A model generated the notes under the pieces. It had not been told where the DNA came from. It made no database searches and worked only from the letters and a program-made list of their open reading frames with translations. Shown here piece by piece: positions 13,576 through 22,418 of a stretch of DNA of 24,000 nt (position 1 is its first letter; every line of letters starts with the position of its first letter). The position numbers and the translations under genes were made by a program. Source of the DNA: Synechococcus sp. AG-673-F03 (lineage in GTDB: Bacteria; Cyanobacteriota; Cyanobacteriia; PCC-6307; Cyanobiaceae); assembly GCA_003211205.1 (NCBI GenBank), contig QCTJ01000008.1, positions 4,125-28,124 of the forward strand. Reading direction: 5' to 3'.

Positions 13576-15657
13576 TTGAGCACGATCCGGCGAGGCAAAC
13601 CTTGGCCGCTTGGCAGCAGCATCACCGCCGATGGTGTGAATTTCTCGGTGGCAGCGCCAGCTGCCAACCGGGTTGAACTGCTGATTTTCCCCACGGCTGA
13701 AGCCAGCAGCCCGGAGCAACTGATCGATCTCAACGACAGCAACCACCGTTCTGGCGATTACTGGCATGTGGAGGTTGAGGGACTGACGGCAGGTTGCTGC
13801 TATGGCTATCGAGTGTTCGGGCCGCTCGCACCGGGAGTCCATGGCTTCCGGCCCGCGAAGGTGCTGTTGGATCCGTGTGCGCGCGCCATCACTGGCTGGT
13901 CGATTTATCAACGCGAAGCCGCCACCGGTGCTTCACCGAACACCCATTGCTGCCTGAAGGGACTGGTCTGCGAACGGGACCGCTTCGATTTCGATGCGCA
14001 TCCCAGACCTCGACACAGTTGGCAGCAGACGGTGATCTACGAGCTGCATATTGGAGGCTTCACCCAACGCAGCGACAGCGGCGTAGCTCCTGATCGACAG
14101 GGCAGCCTGCTGGGAGTGATCGACAAGATCCCGTATCTCAAGCAGTTGGGCGTCACCACGATCGAACTGCTGCCCGTGCAGGCCTTCGATCCCCAGGATG
14201 CGCCTCCTGGGCGAGACAACATCTGGGGCTACAGCCCACTGAGCTGGTTTGCTCCGCATCAAGGCTATGTGGGCGGCGGTGACCCCATGAAGGCCAGAGA
14301 TCAGATGCGCTATCTGGTGGCGGCCTGTCACGACGCTGACCTGGAGGTGTTGCTTGATGTTGTCTACAACCACACCACCGAAGGCAACGCTGATGGCCCC
14401 ACCCTGAGCTGGCGTGGCTTCGCCGATCGCACCTATTACCACCAGACCGATAAGGGTGATTACCAAGACGTGAGTGGCTGTGGCAACACCATTGCCGCCC
14501 ACCATCCGCTCAGCCGTGAACTGATTCTGGAGTCGCTGCGCTGCTGGGCACTGGAACTGGGAGTGGATGGCTTTCGCTTCGATCTCGGGATTGCCCTGAG
14601 TCGCGGCGAAGGTCTGAAGCCATTGGACAAACCCGCACTGTTCGAAGCGATGGAGGCTGACCCGCTACTCAGTGAGCTCAAACTTGTGAGCGAGCCCTGG
14701 GACTGCGGTGGTCTCTATCGACTGAATGACTTCCCGGCTCGGCGCATCGGGACCTGGAACGGGCGGTTTCGTGATGCCTTGCGCAGCTTCTGGAAAGGCG
14801 ACGATGACAGCACTTGGGCCATGGCACAGCGCCTGCGCAGCAGCCCTGATCTCTATGACGGCAAACCCGCAGGTTTGGGCAGCTCCGTGAATCTGCTCAC
14901 GGCCCACGACGGTTTCACACTGATGGATCTAGTGAGCTTCAACAGGAAGCACAACCTCGCCAATGGTGAAGACAACCGCGACGGTGAAAATCACAACAAC
15001 AGCTGGAATCACGGAGTTGAAGGCCCCAGCAGTGACCCTGCCATCACCGCTCTGCGCAAGCGTCAGCAACGCAACATGCTGAGCACCCTGCTGCTGGCGC
15101 GCGGCGTACCGATGCTGTTGATGGGCGACGAGGTTGGCCGCAGCCAGGGAGGCAACAACAACACCTGGTGCCAGGACACACCGCTCAGCTGGATGATCTG
15201 GTCCGAGGAGCACTGCGATACAGAGCTGCTCACCTTCGTGCAGCGACTGCTGCGACTGCGCTCAGAGCTCGCCGAGCTGTTGAACCCAGTGATGAGCCAC
15301 TACGAACCGCAACAGCAGCGCCGCAACAGCGATCCCGATGGTTTGTGGCGCCAGTGGCATGGGGTGGAACTGGGCAAACCCGACTGGGCCAGCTGGTCCC
15401 ATTGCCTGGCAATGAGCCTGCATCGCGGCAAACGGGGAGCAGTTCTCTGGGCTGGCTTCAACGCTTACTTCAAGGCCATGCACTTTGATCTGCCCCAGCC
15501 GGCATCTCCCTGGCATCGCCTGATCGATACGGCCCTTCCTGCAGGCGAGGACCTTCCCCAGACCCTGGAACCTTGGAGTCCGGACGGCGTCCCCCTCGAA
15601 GCCCGAAGTCTGGTGGTGATGGTGGCTCGCGAGTACGCCGACAACATCCAGCTCTAA
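13576..15657 (+). CDS. glgX: glycogen debranching enzyme (isoamylase, GH13)
   Basis: N-terminus GKPWPLGSSITADGVNFSVAAP. GH13 motifs DVVYNHT, VDGFRFDLG, SEPWD and LLTAHDGFTL. 693 aa, TTG start. Confidence 0.95.
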   Translation: MSTIRRGKPWPLGSSITADGVNFSVAAPAANRVELLIFPTAEASSPEQLIDLNDSNHRSGDYWHVEVEGLTAGCCYGYRVFGPLAPGVHGFRPAKVLLDPCARAITGWSIYQREAATGASPNTHCCLKGLVCERDRFDFDAHPRPRHSWQQTVIYELHIGGFTQRSDSGVAPDRQGSLLGVIDKIPYLKQLGVTTIELLPVQAFDPQDAPPGRDNIWGYSPLSWFAPHQGYVGGGDPMKARDQMRYLVAACHDADLEVLLDVVYNHTTEGNADGPTLSWRGFADRTYYHQTDKGDYQDVSGCGNTIAAHHPLSRELILESLRCWALELGVDGFRFDLGIALSRGEGLKPLDKPALFEAMEADPLLSELKLVSEPWDCGGLYRLNDFPARRIGTWNGRFRDALRSFWKGDDDSTWAMAQRLRSSPDLYDGKPAGLGSSVNLLTAHDGFTLMDLVSFNRKHNLANGEDNRDGENHNNSWNHGVEGPSSDPAITALRKRQQRNMLSTLLLARGVPMLLMGDEVGRSQGGNNNTWCQDTPLSWMIWSEEHCDTELLTFVQRLLRLRSELAELLNPVMSHYEPQQQRRNSDPDGLWRQWHGVELGKPDWASWSHCLAMSLHRGKRGAVLWAGFNAYFKAMHFDLPQPASPWHRLIDTALPAGEDLPQTLEPWSPDGVPLEARSLVVMVAREYADNIQL

Positions 15658-15691
15658 GAAGCAAGCCCAAAGGCCTGGAGCAATGAAACAA

Positions 15692-15762
<71 letters not shown>

Positions 15763-15853
15763 ATTAGTACAAACGAACTAACCTCCGAGAGGGCGGAGCT
15801 GGTGCGTTCATATCCCCAAGCATTATGACGGTCAGCGAGCCCCCTCATTCGGA

Positions 15854-17215
15854 TTGACCACTTCTGCAGCTCGCCCTGAGGGCTCCCGCCGCCGTCTGAT
15901 GTTTTCGTATGGACTTGGAGACGCAGGGACCGGACTCGCCGCGACAACACTCGGTTTTTACCTGTTTCCCTTTTTTACTTGTGCAGCAGGCCTTCCAGCG
16001 TTCATTGCTGGCTCACTGCTCACGGTGATCAAAATCTGGGATGGCGTGAATGATCCGCTGATCGGCTGGATGAGCGATCACACCAAAAGCCGGTGGGGGC
16101 CAAGACTTCCCTGGATGTTTGGGGCCGCCCTGCCGTTAGGCATCAGCTTGGCCGCCATGTGGTGGGTTCCAGAGGGAGACATCAGCCAACGCACGCTGTA
16201 TTACGTGCTGATGGCCATCCTGCTGATGACCGCTTACACAAGCGTGAATCTGCCCTTTGCCGCGCTCTCTACCGAACTCAGCCCAGACACTGCAATCCGA
16301 ACCCGTCTCAACGCAGCTCGCTTCACCGGTTCCATCATCTCAGGAACGATGGGGCTGCTCGTTGCCTTTTTTGCTTTGCGCGAAGGCGGAGGCGGCTATG
16401 TCTTGATGGGACAAATCACTGGCACGATCGCTGCCCTAGCGACCTTGCTCTGCTGCTGGGGTTTGGCCCCCTACGCCAAAAAAGCTCAACAACCAAGTGG
16501 CAATAAGGAGCCTCTACGCAAACAACTTCATCGCATCCGCTCCAATTCCCGTTTTCTGATGGTGCTGGGTCTGTATCTGCTGCTGTGGTTTGGCCTCCAG
16601 CTCATGCAGGTTGTTGCACTGATCTGGCTTGTTCAAGTCATTCATGTTCCGGCAAGTATCGCCACCTTGCTCCTGCTCGCTTTCAACATTGCGGCCTTGA
16701 TCGGGCTCCAACTCTGGAGCGTGCTGTCCAACCGCCATGGGCGAATCAAGGCTCTCGGCTGGGGGTCGAGCATCTGGATCACCGCTTGCCTGCTCTCGAT
16801 GGCCCTATCTCCAATCGCTGAAAACAGTGGCCGCAACGCTTTGATTCCCGTTGGCACACTGATCATGCTGGTTGGGCTGGGCGCATCAACGGCCTACCTG
16901 ATTCCTTGGTCTTTGCTTCCCGATGCGATCGATGCTGATCCAACACACCCCGCGGGTCTTTACACCGCATGGATGGTGTTCGGTCAAAAACTGATCATCG
17001 GGCTGAGCATGAGCGTGTTCGGCACATTGCTTTCTCTTACGGGATACATCTCCACCAAGAGTTGCGACGGAGCCTTAAATTTCGTCGAACAGCCTCAAAC
17101 AGCTCTGATTGCCATTCGCCTTTGCATGGGCCTCATTCCAGCAGTTTTAGTGGCTCTGGGACTTGTAGTGATGCGACGCTGGCCTGACCGCGGCGCCCAT
17201 CTGCAACGCGCATGA
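15854..17215 (+). CDS. GPH-family MFS transporter (glycoside-pentoside-hexuronide:cation symporter-like)
   Basis: About 12 hydrophobic segments. N-terminal SYGLGDAG and the loop DGVNDPLIGWMSDHTKSRWGPRLPWM are typical of MelB/GPH transporters. Start is TTG 15854 or ATG 15899. Confidence 0.9.
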   Translation: MTTSAARPEGSRRRLMFSYGLGDAGTGLAATTLGFYLFPFFTCAAGLPAFIAGSLLTVIKIWDGVNDPLIGWMSDHTKSRWGPRLPWMFGAALPLGISLAAMWWVPEGDISQRTLYYVLMAILLMTAYTSVNLPFAALSTELSPDTAIRTRLNAARFTGSIISGTMGLLVAFFALREGGGGYVLMGQITGTIAALATLLCCWGLAPYAKKAQQPSGNKEPLRKQLHRIRSNSRFLMVLGLYLLLWFGLQLMQVVALIWLVQVIHVPASIATLLLLAFNIAALIGLQLWSVLSNRHGRIKALGWGSSIWITACLLSMALSPIAENSGRNALIPVGTLIMLVGLGASTAYLIPWSLLPDAIDADPTHPAGLYTAWMVFGQKLIIGLSMSVFGTLLSLTGYISTKSCDGALNFVEQPQTALIAIRLCMGLIPAVLVALGLVVMRRWPDRGAHLQRA

Positions 17216-17988
17216 TTTCTTCTCGCCTCCTAGCCCGCATCCAATCGCCCCGCTGGCTAAGGAGGCTGGGCAGCAGCTTGATCATTGGCGGACAGGCCGT
17301 GACCGCCACCGCTAGGGGGAGGATTAATACTGTTGACCTGCTGGATCAACTCCAGGAAGCCGGACCTGGAAGCTTCCTCATCGTGATCATCACGGCACTG
17401 GCTGCGGGCACGGTGTTCAACATCCAGGTCGCCAAGGAACTCAGCAATATGGGCGCCAACTCCACGGTTGGCGGCGTCCTGGCGATTGGCCTAGCTCGTG
17501 AGATTGCCCCTCTGCTGACGGCCACCCTGCTCACAGGCAAGGTGGCGACCGCCTACGCGGCACAGCTGGGGACCATGAAGGTCACCGAACAGGTTGATGC
17601 CATCACAATGTTGCGCACCGACCCGGTGGAGTACCTGGTCGTTCCCCGCCTGATCGCCATGGTGGTGATGGCCCCGGTGCAGTGTCTGTTGTTCTTTGCT
17701 GTGGCAATCCTTGGAGGCCAGATCAGCAGCACGGAGATTTACCAGATTCCGCCCGCTGTGTTCTGGACCTCAGTGCGCACCTGGCTCGATCCTGACGATT
17801 TGCCGTTCATGCTGGTCAAAGCCTTGATTTTCGGCCTTCAAATTGCGGTGTTGTCCTGCGGCTGGGGCATGACCACCCAAGGAGGGCCGAAAGAGGTTGG
17901 CACCAGCACCACAGGTGCCGTGGTGATGATCCTGGTCACCGTGGCCCTGATGGACGTCTTCCTAACTCAGATCCTCTTCGGAGGCTGA
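17212..17988 (+). CDS. mlaE: MlaE/TGD1-type ABC transporter permease
   Basis: 258 aa, multi-TM. GVLAIGLAREIAPLLTATLLTGKVATAYAAQLGTMKVTEQVDAI is typical of the MlaE family. ATGA overlap with the upstream transporter stop. Confidence 0.85.
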   Translation: MISSRLLARIQSPRWLRRLGSSLIIGGQAVTATARGRINTVDLLDQLQEAGPGSFLIVIITALAAGTVFNIQVAKELSNMGANSTVGGVLAIGLAREIAPLLTATLLTGKVATAYAAQLGTMKVTEQVDAITMLRTDPVEYLVVPRLIAMVVMAPVQCLLFFAVAILGGQISSTEIYQIPPAVFWTSVRTWLDPDDLPFMLVKALIFGLQIAVLSCGWGMTTQGGPKEVGTSTTGAVVMILVTVALMDVFLTQILFGG

Positions 17989-18005
17989 AGCAACCTCTTA
18001 ACTCC

Positions 18006-18413
18006 ATGACCACAACACCCTCTGAGCCTGACCAAAACAGCGTGAGCATCAGCTCCAGCCCCCGTCTGGCGCTGCTGATCATCGTCTTCAGCCTCTGCCT
18101 GCTGCCACTGCCGTTCAATCCATGGCCGACCGTGGTGGTGGGGCTGTTTGGTGTTTTCCTGTTGGTGCAGACCTACAGCCTGCGGCTGGAATTCACTAAC
18201 GACACGCTGGTGGTGTGGCGAGGCCTGCAGGAGCTGCGCAGCTTCCCTTACGCCGAATGGCAGAGCTGGCGACTGTTTGCCCCCTGGCTGCCAGGACTGT
18301 TTTATTTCCGCGAAATCAAGAGCATCCACTTCCTGCCGATCCTCTTCAACCCTGCCGAGCTGCGGCAGCAGTTGGAACAACGGGTGGGTTCCCTGGAAAC
18401 CCCGAAGCCCTAA
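18006..18413 (+). CDS. DUF3119-like cyanobacterial membrane protein
   Basis: Two N-terminal TM helices, then LRLEFTNDTLVVWRG...FPYAEW. Family assignment is from memory and was not searched. Confidence 0.7.
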   Translation: MTTTPSEPDQNSVSISSSPRLALLIIVFSLCLLPLPFNPWPTVVVGLFGVFLLVQTYSLRLEFTNDTLVVWRGLQELRSFPYAEWQSWRLFAPWLPGLFYFREIKSIHFLPILFNPAELRQQLEQRVGSLETPKP

Positions 18414-18501
18414 GCGAAACCAACACTTGAACGCAACGAGAACGTTGTGTTTGGGCCATGAGCCCAGCAATCCGCTGAAATGAGTTGAGGAGAAGCCGAC
18501 C

Positions 18502-19476
18502 ATGCCTGACGACAACGATCTGCCACTCCAGGACACGCCGCAAGCCACAGAGGCGGCCAGCGAGGCATCCAACCCAGCAAGCGGTGACCTGGAGCCTGCG
18601 TCTGAAACGCTGATCCAGCTGGCCCTGATCGATCTGCAGTCGCAGCGCGACGGCCTGCAACAGGAGATTGACAGCCTCCGACAGCGCAAGCAGCAACTGG
18701 AGAAGGATATGGCCGCCAGCTTTGCTGGCCAATCCGATGCGATCGCCAGACGTGTGAAGGGGTTTCAGGAGTACCTGGGTGGAGCCCTGCAGGGACTGGC
18801 CCAGTCGGTGGAGACGCTGGAGCTAGTGGCTCAGCCTGTGGTGGTGAAGCCTTCACCACTGGATGCCCAGGCAGCTGAGGCCGCCGCCGAACAGGCCATG
18901 TCGAACAGCGGCGGCGCTCCGGCTCTGGCCGACACCTTCCGCCCTGACGAAGAGCTGATCCGAACCAACCTCAGGCGTTTTCTGGAGCAGCCCGACTTCT
19001 ATGCCGAACCCTGGAAACTGCGCCGCAGCCTCGACGACAGCGATATCGCTGTACTCGAAGACTGGTTTTTCAATCAGGGCGGCCGGGGTGCTCAAGCCAG
19101 CCGCGGAAGTCGACCTCGCAACGTGCTGCTGGGGGCTGCCCTGATCGCCATCATCGGCGAGCTTTACGGCGATCAGTTCCAGACACTGGTTCTGGCGGGA
19201 CAACCCGAACGCCTCGGTGACTGGCGACGAGGCCTGCAGGATGCGCTTGGCCTTGGGCGGGAAGATTTCGGCCCCAGCAGCGGCATCGTGCTGTTTGAAC
19301 GTGGAGATGCTCTCGTAGAGCGAGCCGACCGGCTGGAGGAGCGCGGTGAAGTGCCCCTGATCCTGATCGATGCAGCAGAACGGGTGGTGGATGTTCCCGT
19401 GCTTCAGTTCCCGCTCTGGCTGGCCTTTGCAGCCGGTCCAGGCGAAACCTACGACTACGAAGACGACCTGCTCTGA
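18502..19476 (+). CDS. DUF3086-like cyanobacterial protein
   Basis: 324 aa. Acidic N-terminus, coiled coil (LQQEIDSLRQRKQQLEKDM) and a conserved-looking C-terminal domain. GAGGAG lies upstream of the ATG. Family assignment is from memory. Confidence 0.7.
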   Translation: MPDDNDLPLQDTPQATEAASEASNPASGDLEPASETLIQLALIDLQSQRDGLQQEIDSLRQRKQQLEKDMAASFAGQSDAIARRVKGFQEYLGGALQGLAQSVETLELVAQPVVVKPSPLDAQAAEAAAEQAMSNSGGAPALADTFRPDEELIRTNLRRFLEQPDFYAEPWKLRRSLDDSDIAVLEDWFFNQGGRGAQASRGSRPRNVLLGAALIAIIGELYGDQFQTLVLAGQPERLGDWRRGLQDALGLGREDFGPSSGIVLFERGDALVERADRLEERGEVPLILIDAAERVVDVPVLQFPLWLAFAAGPGETYDYEDDLL

Positions 19477-20075
19477 TGCCCTTCTTCACGCTGCTGCTGG
19501 GTTACATGCTCGGCTCCCTACCCAGCGGCTTCCTGGCCGGCAAATGGTGCAAGGGCATCGACCTGCGCAGCATCGGCTCCGGCTCCACCGGCGCCACCAA
19601 TGTGCTGCGCAACGTGGGCAAAGGCCCTGCTCTGGTGGTGTTCCTGATGGATGCAGCCAAAGGAGCAGCCGCGGTTCTGATCGCTAGCGCCCTCACCCAG
19701 AACAATCCACTCAACGACTGGATTCAGGTGCTGGCAGGTCTTGCAGCCCTGGCCGGTCATATCTGGCCGATATGGCTGGGATTCAAGGGCGGCAAGGCCG
19801 TGGCCACCGGGCTTGGTTTGTTCCTGGGCCTGGCCTGGCCAGTGGGGCTGGCTTGCTTCGGAATGTTCATGGCCGTGTTCAGCCTCAGCCGGATTATTTC
19901 GCTGGCCAGCATGGTTGCAGCGGTGAGCCTGCCACTGCTGATGGCAGCCGGTTCAGGCAGTAACGCCAATCTGGTGGTCGCCCTTGTGGCGATGCTGCTG
20001 GTGCTCTGGCGCCACCGCAGCAACATCCAGCGGCTGATCAACGGAACTGAGCCCAGGGTGGGCCAGAAGTCTTGA
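19476..20075 (+). CDS. plsY: glycerol-3-phosphate acyltransferase PlsY
   Basis: LLGYMLGSLPSGFL, GSGSTGATNVLRNVGKGPALVVFLMDAAKG and GHIWPIWLGFKGGKAVATGLG are the PlsY signature. The ATG overlaps the upstream stop (TGATG). Confidence 0.95.
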   Translation: MPFFTLLLGYMLGSLPSGFLAGKWCKGIDLRSIGSGSTGATNVLRNVGKGPALVVFLMDAAKGAAAVLIASALTQNNPLNDWIQVLAGLAALAGHIWPIWLGFKGGKAVATGLGLFLGLAWPVGLACFGMFMAVFSLSRIISLASMVAAVSLPLLMAAGSGSNANLVVALVAMLLVLWRHRSNIQRLINGTEPRVGQKS

Positions 20076-20491
20076 GTGCAGCTGCTGGGCTGGCGCTGCT
20101 GACCCTGATTGCACAGGTGGAGAGTGCCGGCCAAACGCGCGTGCAGATCCTTAACGACTGCCCTGAAGGCATGAAGGGCTTCTACACACCGACCCACAAC
20201 CGCATTGGCCTCTGCCGCAACAACCACAGCAGCGATCGCGAGTTGATGTACACATTGCTGCATGAGACAACACACCGATTGCAGCACTGCCGGAAACCTG
20301 AACTCACGGCCCAACTCGACATGGAGCACAGTGTGAGCTCACTGGAGACCGAAGCCAGAGCAATCGAGCGCTGGAGCAAAGCTGACCCAACGACGGCCTT
20401 CAACTGGATGATCCGAGACCTCCAACAACACTGCAGTCACAACAAGTCCTCGGGGTCAGTTCATGGAGGGAATAAGACCTCCACTCCATGA
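20072..20491 (+). CDS. hypothetical exported protein with HExxH motif (139 aa, TTG start)
   Basis: Hydrophobic N-terminus AAAGLALLTLIA. LLHETTHRLQHC contains HExxH. Five Cys. The TTG overlaps the plsY stop. Confidence 0.55.
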   Translation: MSAAAGLALLTLIAQVESAGQTRVQILNDCPEGMKGFYTPTHNRIGLCRNNHSSDRELMYTLLHETTHRLQHCRKPELTAQLDMEHSVSSLETEARAIERWSKADPTTAFNWMIRDLQQHCSHNKSSGSVHGGNKTSTP

Positions 20492-20521
20492 ACTAGAGAC
20501 CTGAGATCCGCAAGGGATCGA

Positions 20522-21679
20522 TCAGAACTGGAAGGTCACACCACCGCTGGCACGCCAGGTTGTGCCGCGATCCGATCCCCAGAATTCCATACCACCACGG
20601 CCATAAACCTTGATGGAGACATTGTCGAAATTCTGCACGGTGTAATCCAGGCCAAGCTCAACCAGCGCACCATTCTCGTTGTCCAACTGGGATGGAAGAT
20701 CAACGGTTTGATTGGTGAAGGTGTAGCCGATGGTTTGCGGATCATTGCCCTGATCCCAATCGCCCAACCAGGCCGCGCGAATGCTCGGCACCCAGAGGGC
20801 ACGGTCGCCGCTGTTGATCGGCACCGACAGCTTCAGGCCCAACTCAGTTTCCAAGAATGTGGTTGTGCGGCCGTGATACTTCAGGCGCAACTCTTTGCGT
20901 GTGCCACGAGTTTCGGAGAAGCCATCTTCCTGGTTTTGGGTGCCAACCAGCTGTGCTTGCGGCTCAAGAACCACCGAGCCCCAGCGGAAGGGAGCACCAA
21001 GCCTGACCCCACCCGTGAAGGTGGTGGCTGATTTCGATCCACGAGCCGTATCACCACCCCAGCCATCAATGATCTTGCGAATGCCTCGATCTTGAACACC
21101 CTCAAACCAGGTCAACCCCACAACACCTTGGGCGTAGAAATTCGGCGTCCAATATTCAGCGGTGAAGCCACCACCCACACCATCGGGATTCCAACCACCG
21201 CCTCCAGTAATGCCATGTTGATCAAGATTGATGCTGCCATAATTCACATAGGCGCCCAGCTGGAAGTCATAACTGAGGCTGACATCAGCACCACCAACAA
21301 CACCTGCGGCAGTTGCCGAGAAGTCGTTGTAAACAATGCCGCTCCAATCAGCGCGGGTGTTACCACCAAAGCCACGCACCCAAGCACGCCATCCATCGCG
21401 CTGGGCCAATTGATTGGCCAGGGAGGGATTCTCGAGATAGGTGGTGTCGTTCCAATCAAGGGTGATTTGCTCATCGCTTGGAACCGATGAAGCCAGCATG
21501 AAGTCGTCCTCAGCCTGGGAAATGGCTTGATCGAGCGCACGCTTAGCCAGTTGATCACTCACCAATCCGCTCTTGCTCCAGAGAGCACGGACGGGCACCT
21601 GTTCCTGTTCCTGTAACTCAGGCTCAGGAATCACAGGCTCCTCCACCACTGCAACGGGGTCGAATTGGCGTAGCGGCAA
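20522..21679 (-). CDS. autotransporter-type outer-membrane beta-barrel domain protein (no signal peptide in this ORF; probably frame-disrupted)
   Basis: Strand pattern WRAWVRGFGGNTRADW / GADVSLSYDFQLGAYVNYG / GGFTAEYWTPNFYAQGVVGLTWF ... ending GGVTFQF (terminal Phe). TTG start with a Pro/Glu linker-like N-terminus. Confidence 0.8.
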   Translation of the reverse strand: MPLRQFDPVAVVEEPVIPEPELQEQEQVPVRALWSKSGLVSDQLAKRALDQAISQAEDDFMLASSVPSDEQITLDWNDTTYLENPSLANQLAQRDGWRAWVRGFGGNTRADWSGIVYNDFSATAAGVVGGADVSLSYDFQLGAYVNYGSINLDQHGITGGGGWNPDGVGGGFTAEYWTPNFYAQGVVGLTWFEGVQDRGIRKIIDGWGGDTARGSKSATTFTGGVRLGAPFRWGSVVLEPQAQLVGTQNQEDGFSETRGTRKELRLKYHGRTTTFLETELGLKLSVPINSGDRALWVPSIRAAWLGDWDQGNDPQTIGYTFTNQTVDLPSQLDNENGALVELGLDYTVQNFDNVSIKVYGRGGMEFWGSDRGTTWRASGGVTFQF

Positions 21680-21683
21680 GCGC

Positions 21684-22040
21684 TCAAATAAAGTGTCCTC
21701 GCAGGCGATTGCTAAAAGCAGCTATTCCTCTCCCCGAGGCATCAGGGTTGCGCGGCAACAGACCACAGAGGAATAAACATGCAGACTCTTCTTTGGTCAA
21801 CTCAGGCACCTCTGGAGGCACTGGTGGAGGATTGGTTTTGCAGCTGATGTTGGAGGGGGGTATAAAACCGTCTTCACATGGAAAGATCCCATCTTGGATG
21901 CTTCCTATATCGCCATCGCAATCAAGATTAAGAGCGTCCAACAGTGGACCCGCTTTCGCCTGATTCCCGCCCACCAGCTGCTCGCCGATAAAGGCTCCAG
22001 GCAACAGCAAGGCATTCAGCAAAACAAGCCTGCTGATCAC
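21684..22040 (-). CDS. signal-peptide plus Cys-containing fragment, probable N-terminal part of the autotransporter-like gene
   Basis: GTG start. MISRLVLLNALLLPGAFIG, then LDCDGD...FPCEDGF...SCKTNPPPVPPEVPE. The tail of the ORF looks out of frame. It is in a different frame from 20522..21679. Confidence 0.45.
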   Translation of the reverse strand: MISRLVLLNALLLPGAFIGEQLVGGNQAKAGPLLDALNLDCDGDIGSIQDGIFPCEDGFIPPSNISCKTNPPPVPPEVPELTKEESACLFLCGLLPRNPDASGRGIAAFSNRLRGHFI

Positions 22041-22418
22041 CAGGGTGCTGGCTCACCCAGTGCAGAGCTTCGGTTAAAGCTGTTGAGGTGGCCCGTGTAG
22101 CTACATCACTCTGCATTCCGGCAGCGCACAACTTGCAAAAATATTATTGGATTTTTTCAAAATCAGACCACTTTGTGACCATAGATTTAGCAAGGACTAG
22201 CATCGAGAGAACAGTACTGATCAAACTCATCCGAGCAGCACCAATAATGTATACCCAACAGAAATATCCGGTATTGAATGAGGAAAAGGTTTTCCCCACA
22301 TTGACCCTGCCGTGACAGATCAAAACCTTGGCATCAAAGCTGCAAACTCTTTATTGAGTTCATGCACAAGCGGGCAGGTTCGCTACCAACAGCCAGCATC
22401 CCACGGAGTGGTTGATGA

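Noticed and set aside
13933-14505. 190-aa minus-strand ORF, together with other listed ORFs inside glgX (13794..14093, 14460..14681, 14665..14907, 14929..15213, 15168..15488 and others).
   Set aside because: They are antisense to, or out of frame with, a GH13 gene that has clear motifs. Long spurious ORFs are expected in GC-rich coding DNA, and the sequences are Arg/Ala/Gly-rich with no motifs.
17967-18689. 240-aa minus-strand ORF spanning the DUF3119-like gene and the start of the DUF3086-like gene. The same applies to 18346..18732, 18410..18859, 19757..20329 and 9643..10098.
   Set aside because: They lie opposite well-supported plus-strand genes and have Arg/Cys/Ser-rich, low-complexity translations. 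These are typical GC-rich antisense artefacts.
20505-20519. 5-bp hairpin GATCC-gcaag-GGATC between the convergent HExxH and OMP genes.
   Set aside because: The stem is short and there is no U-run on either strand. That is too weak to call a terminator.
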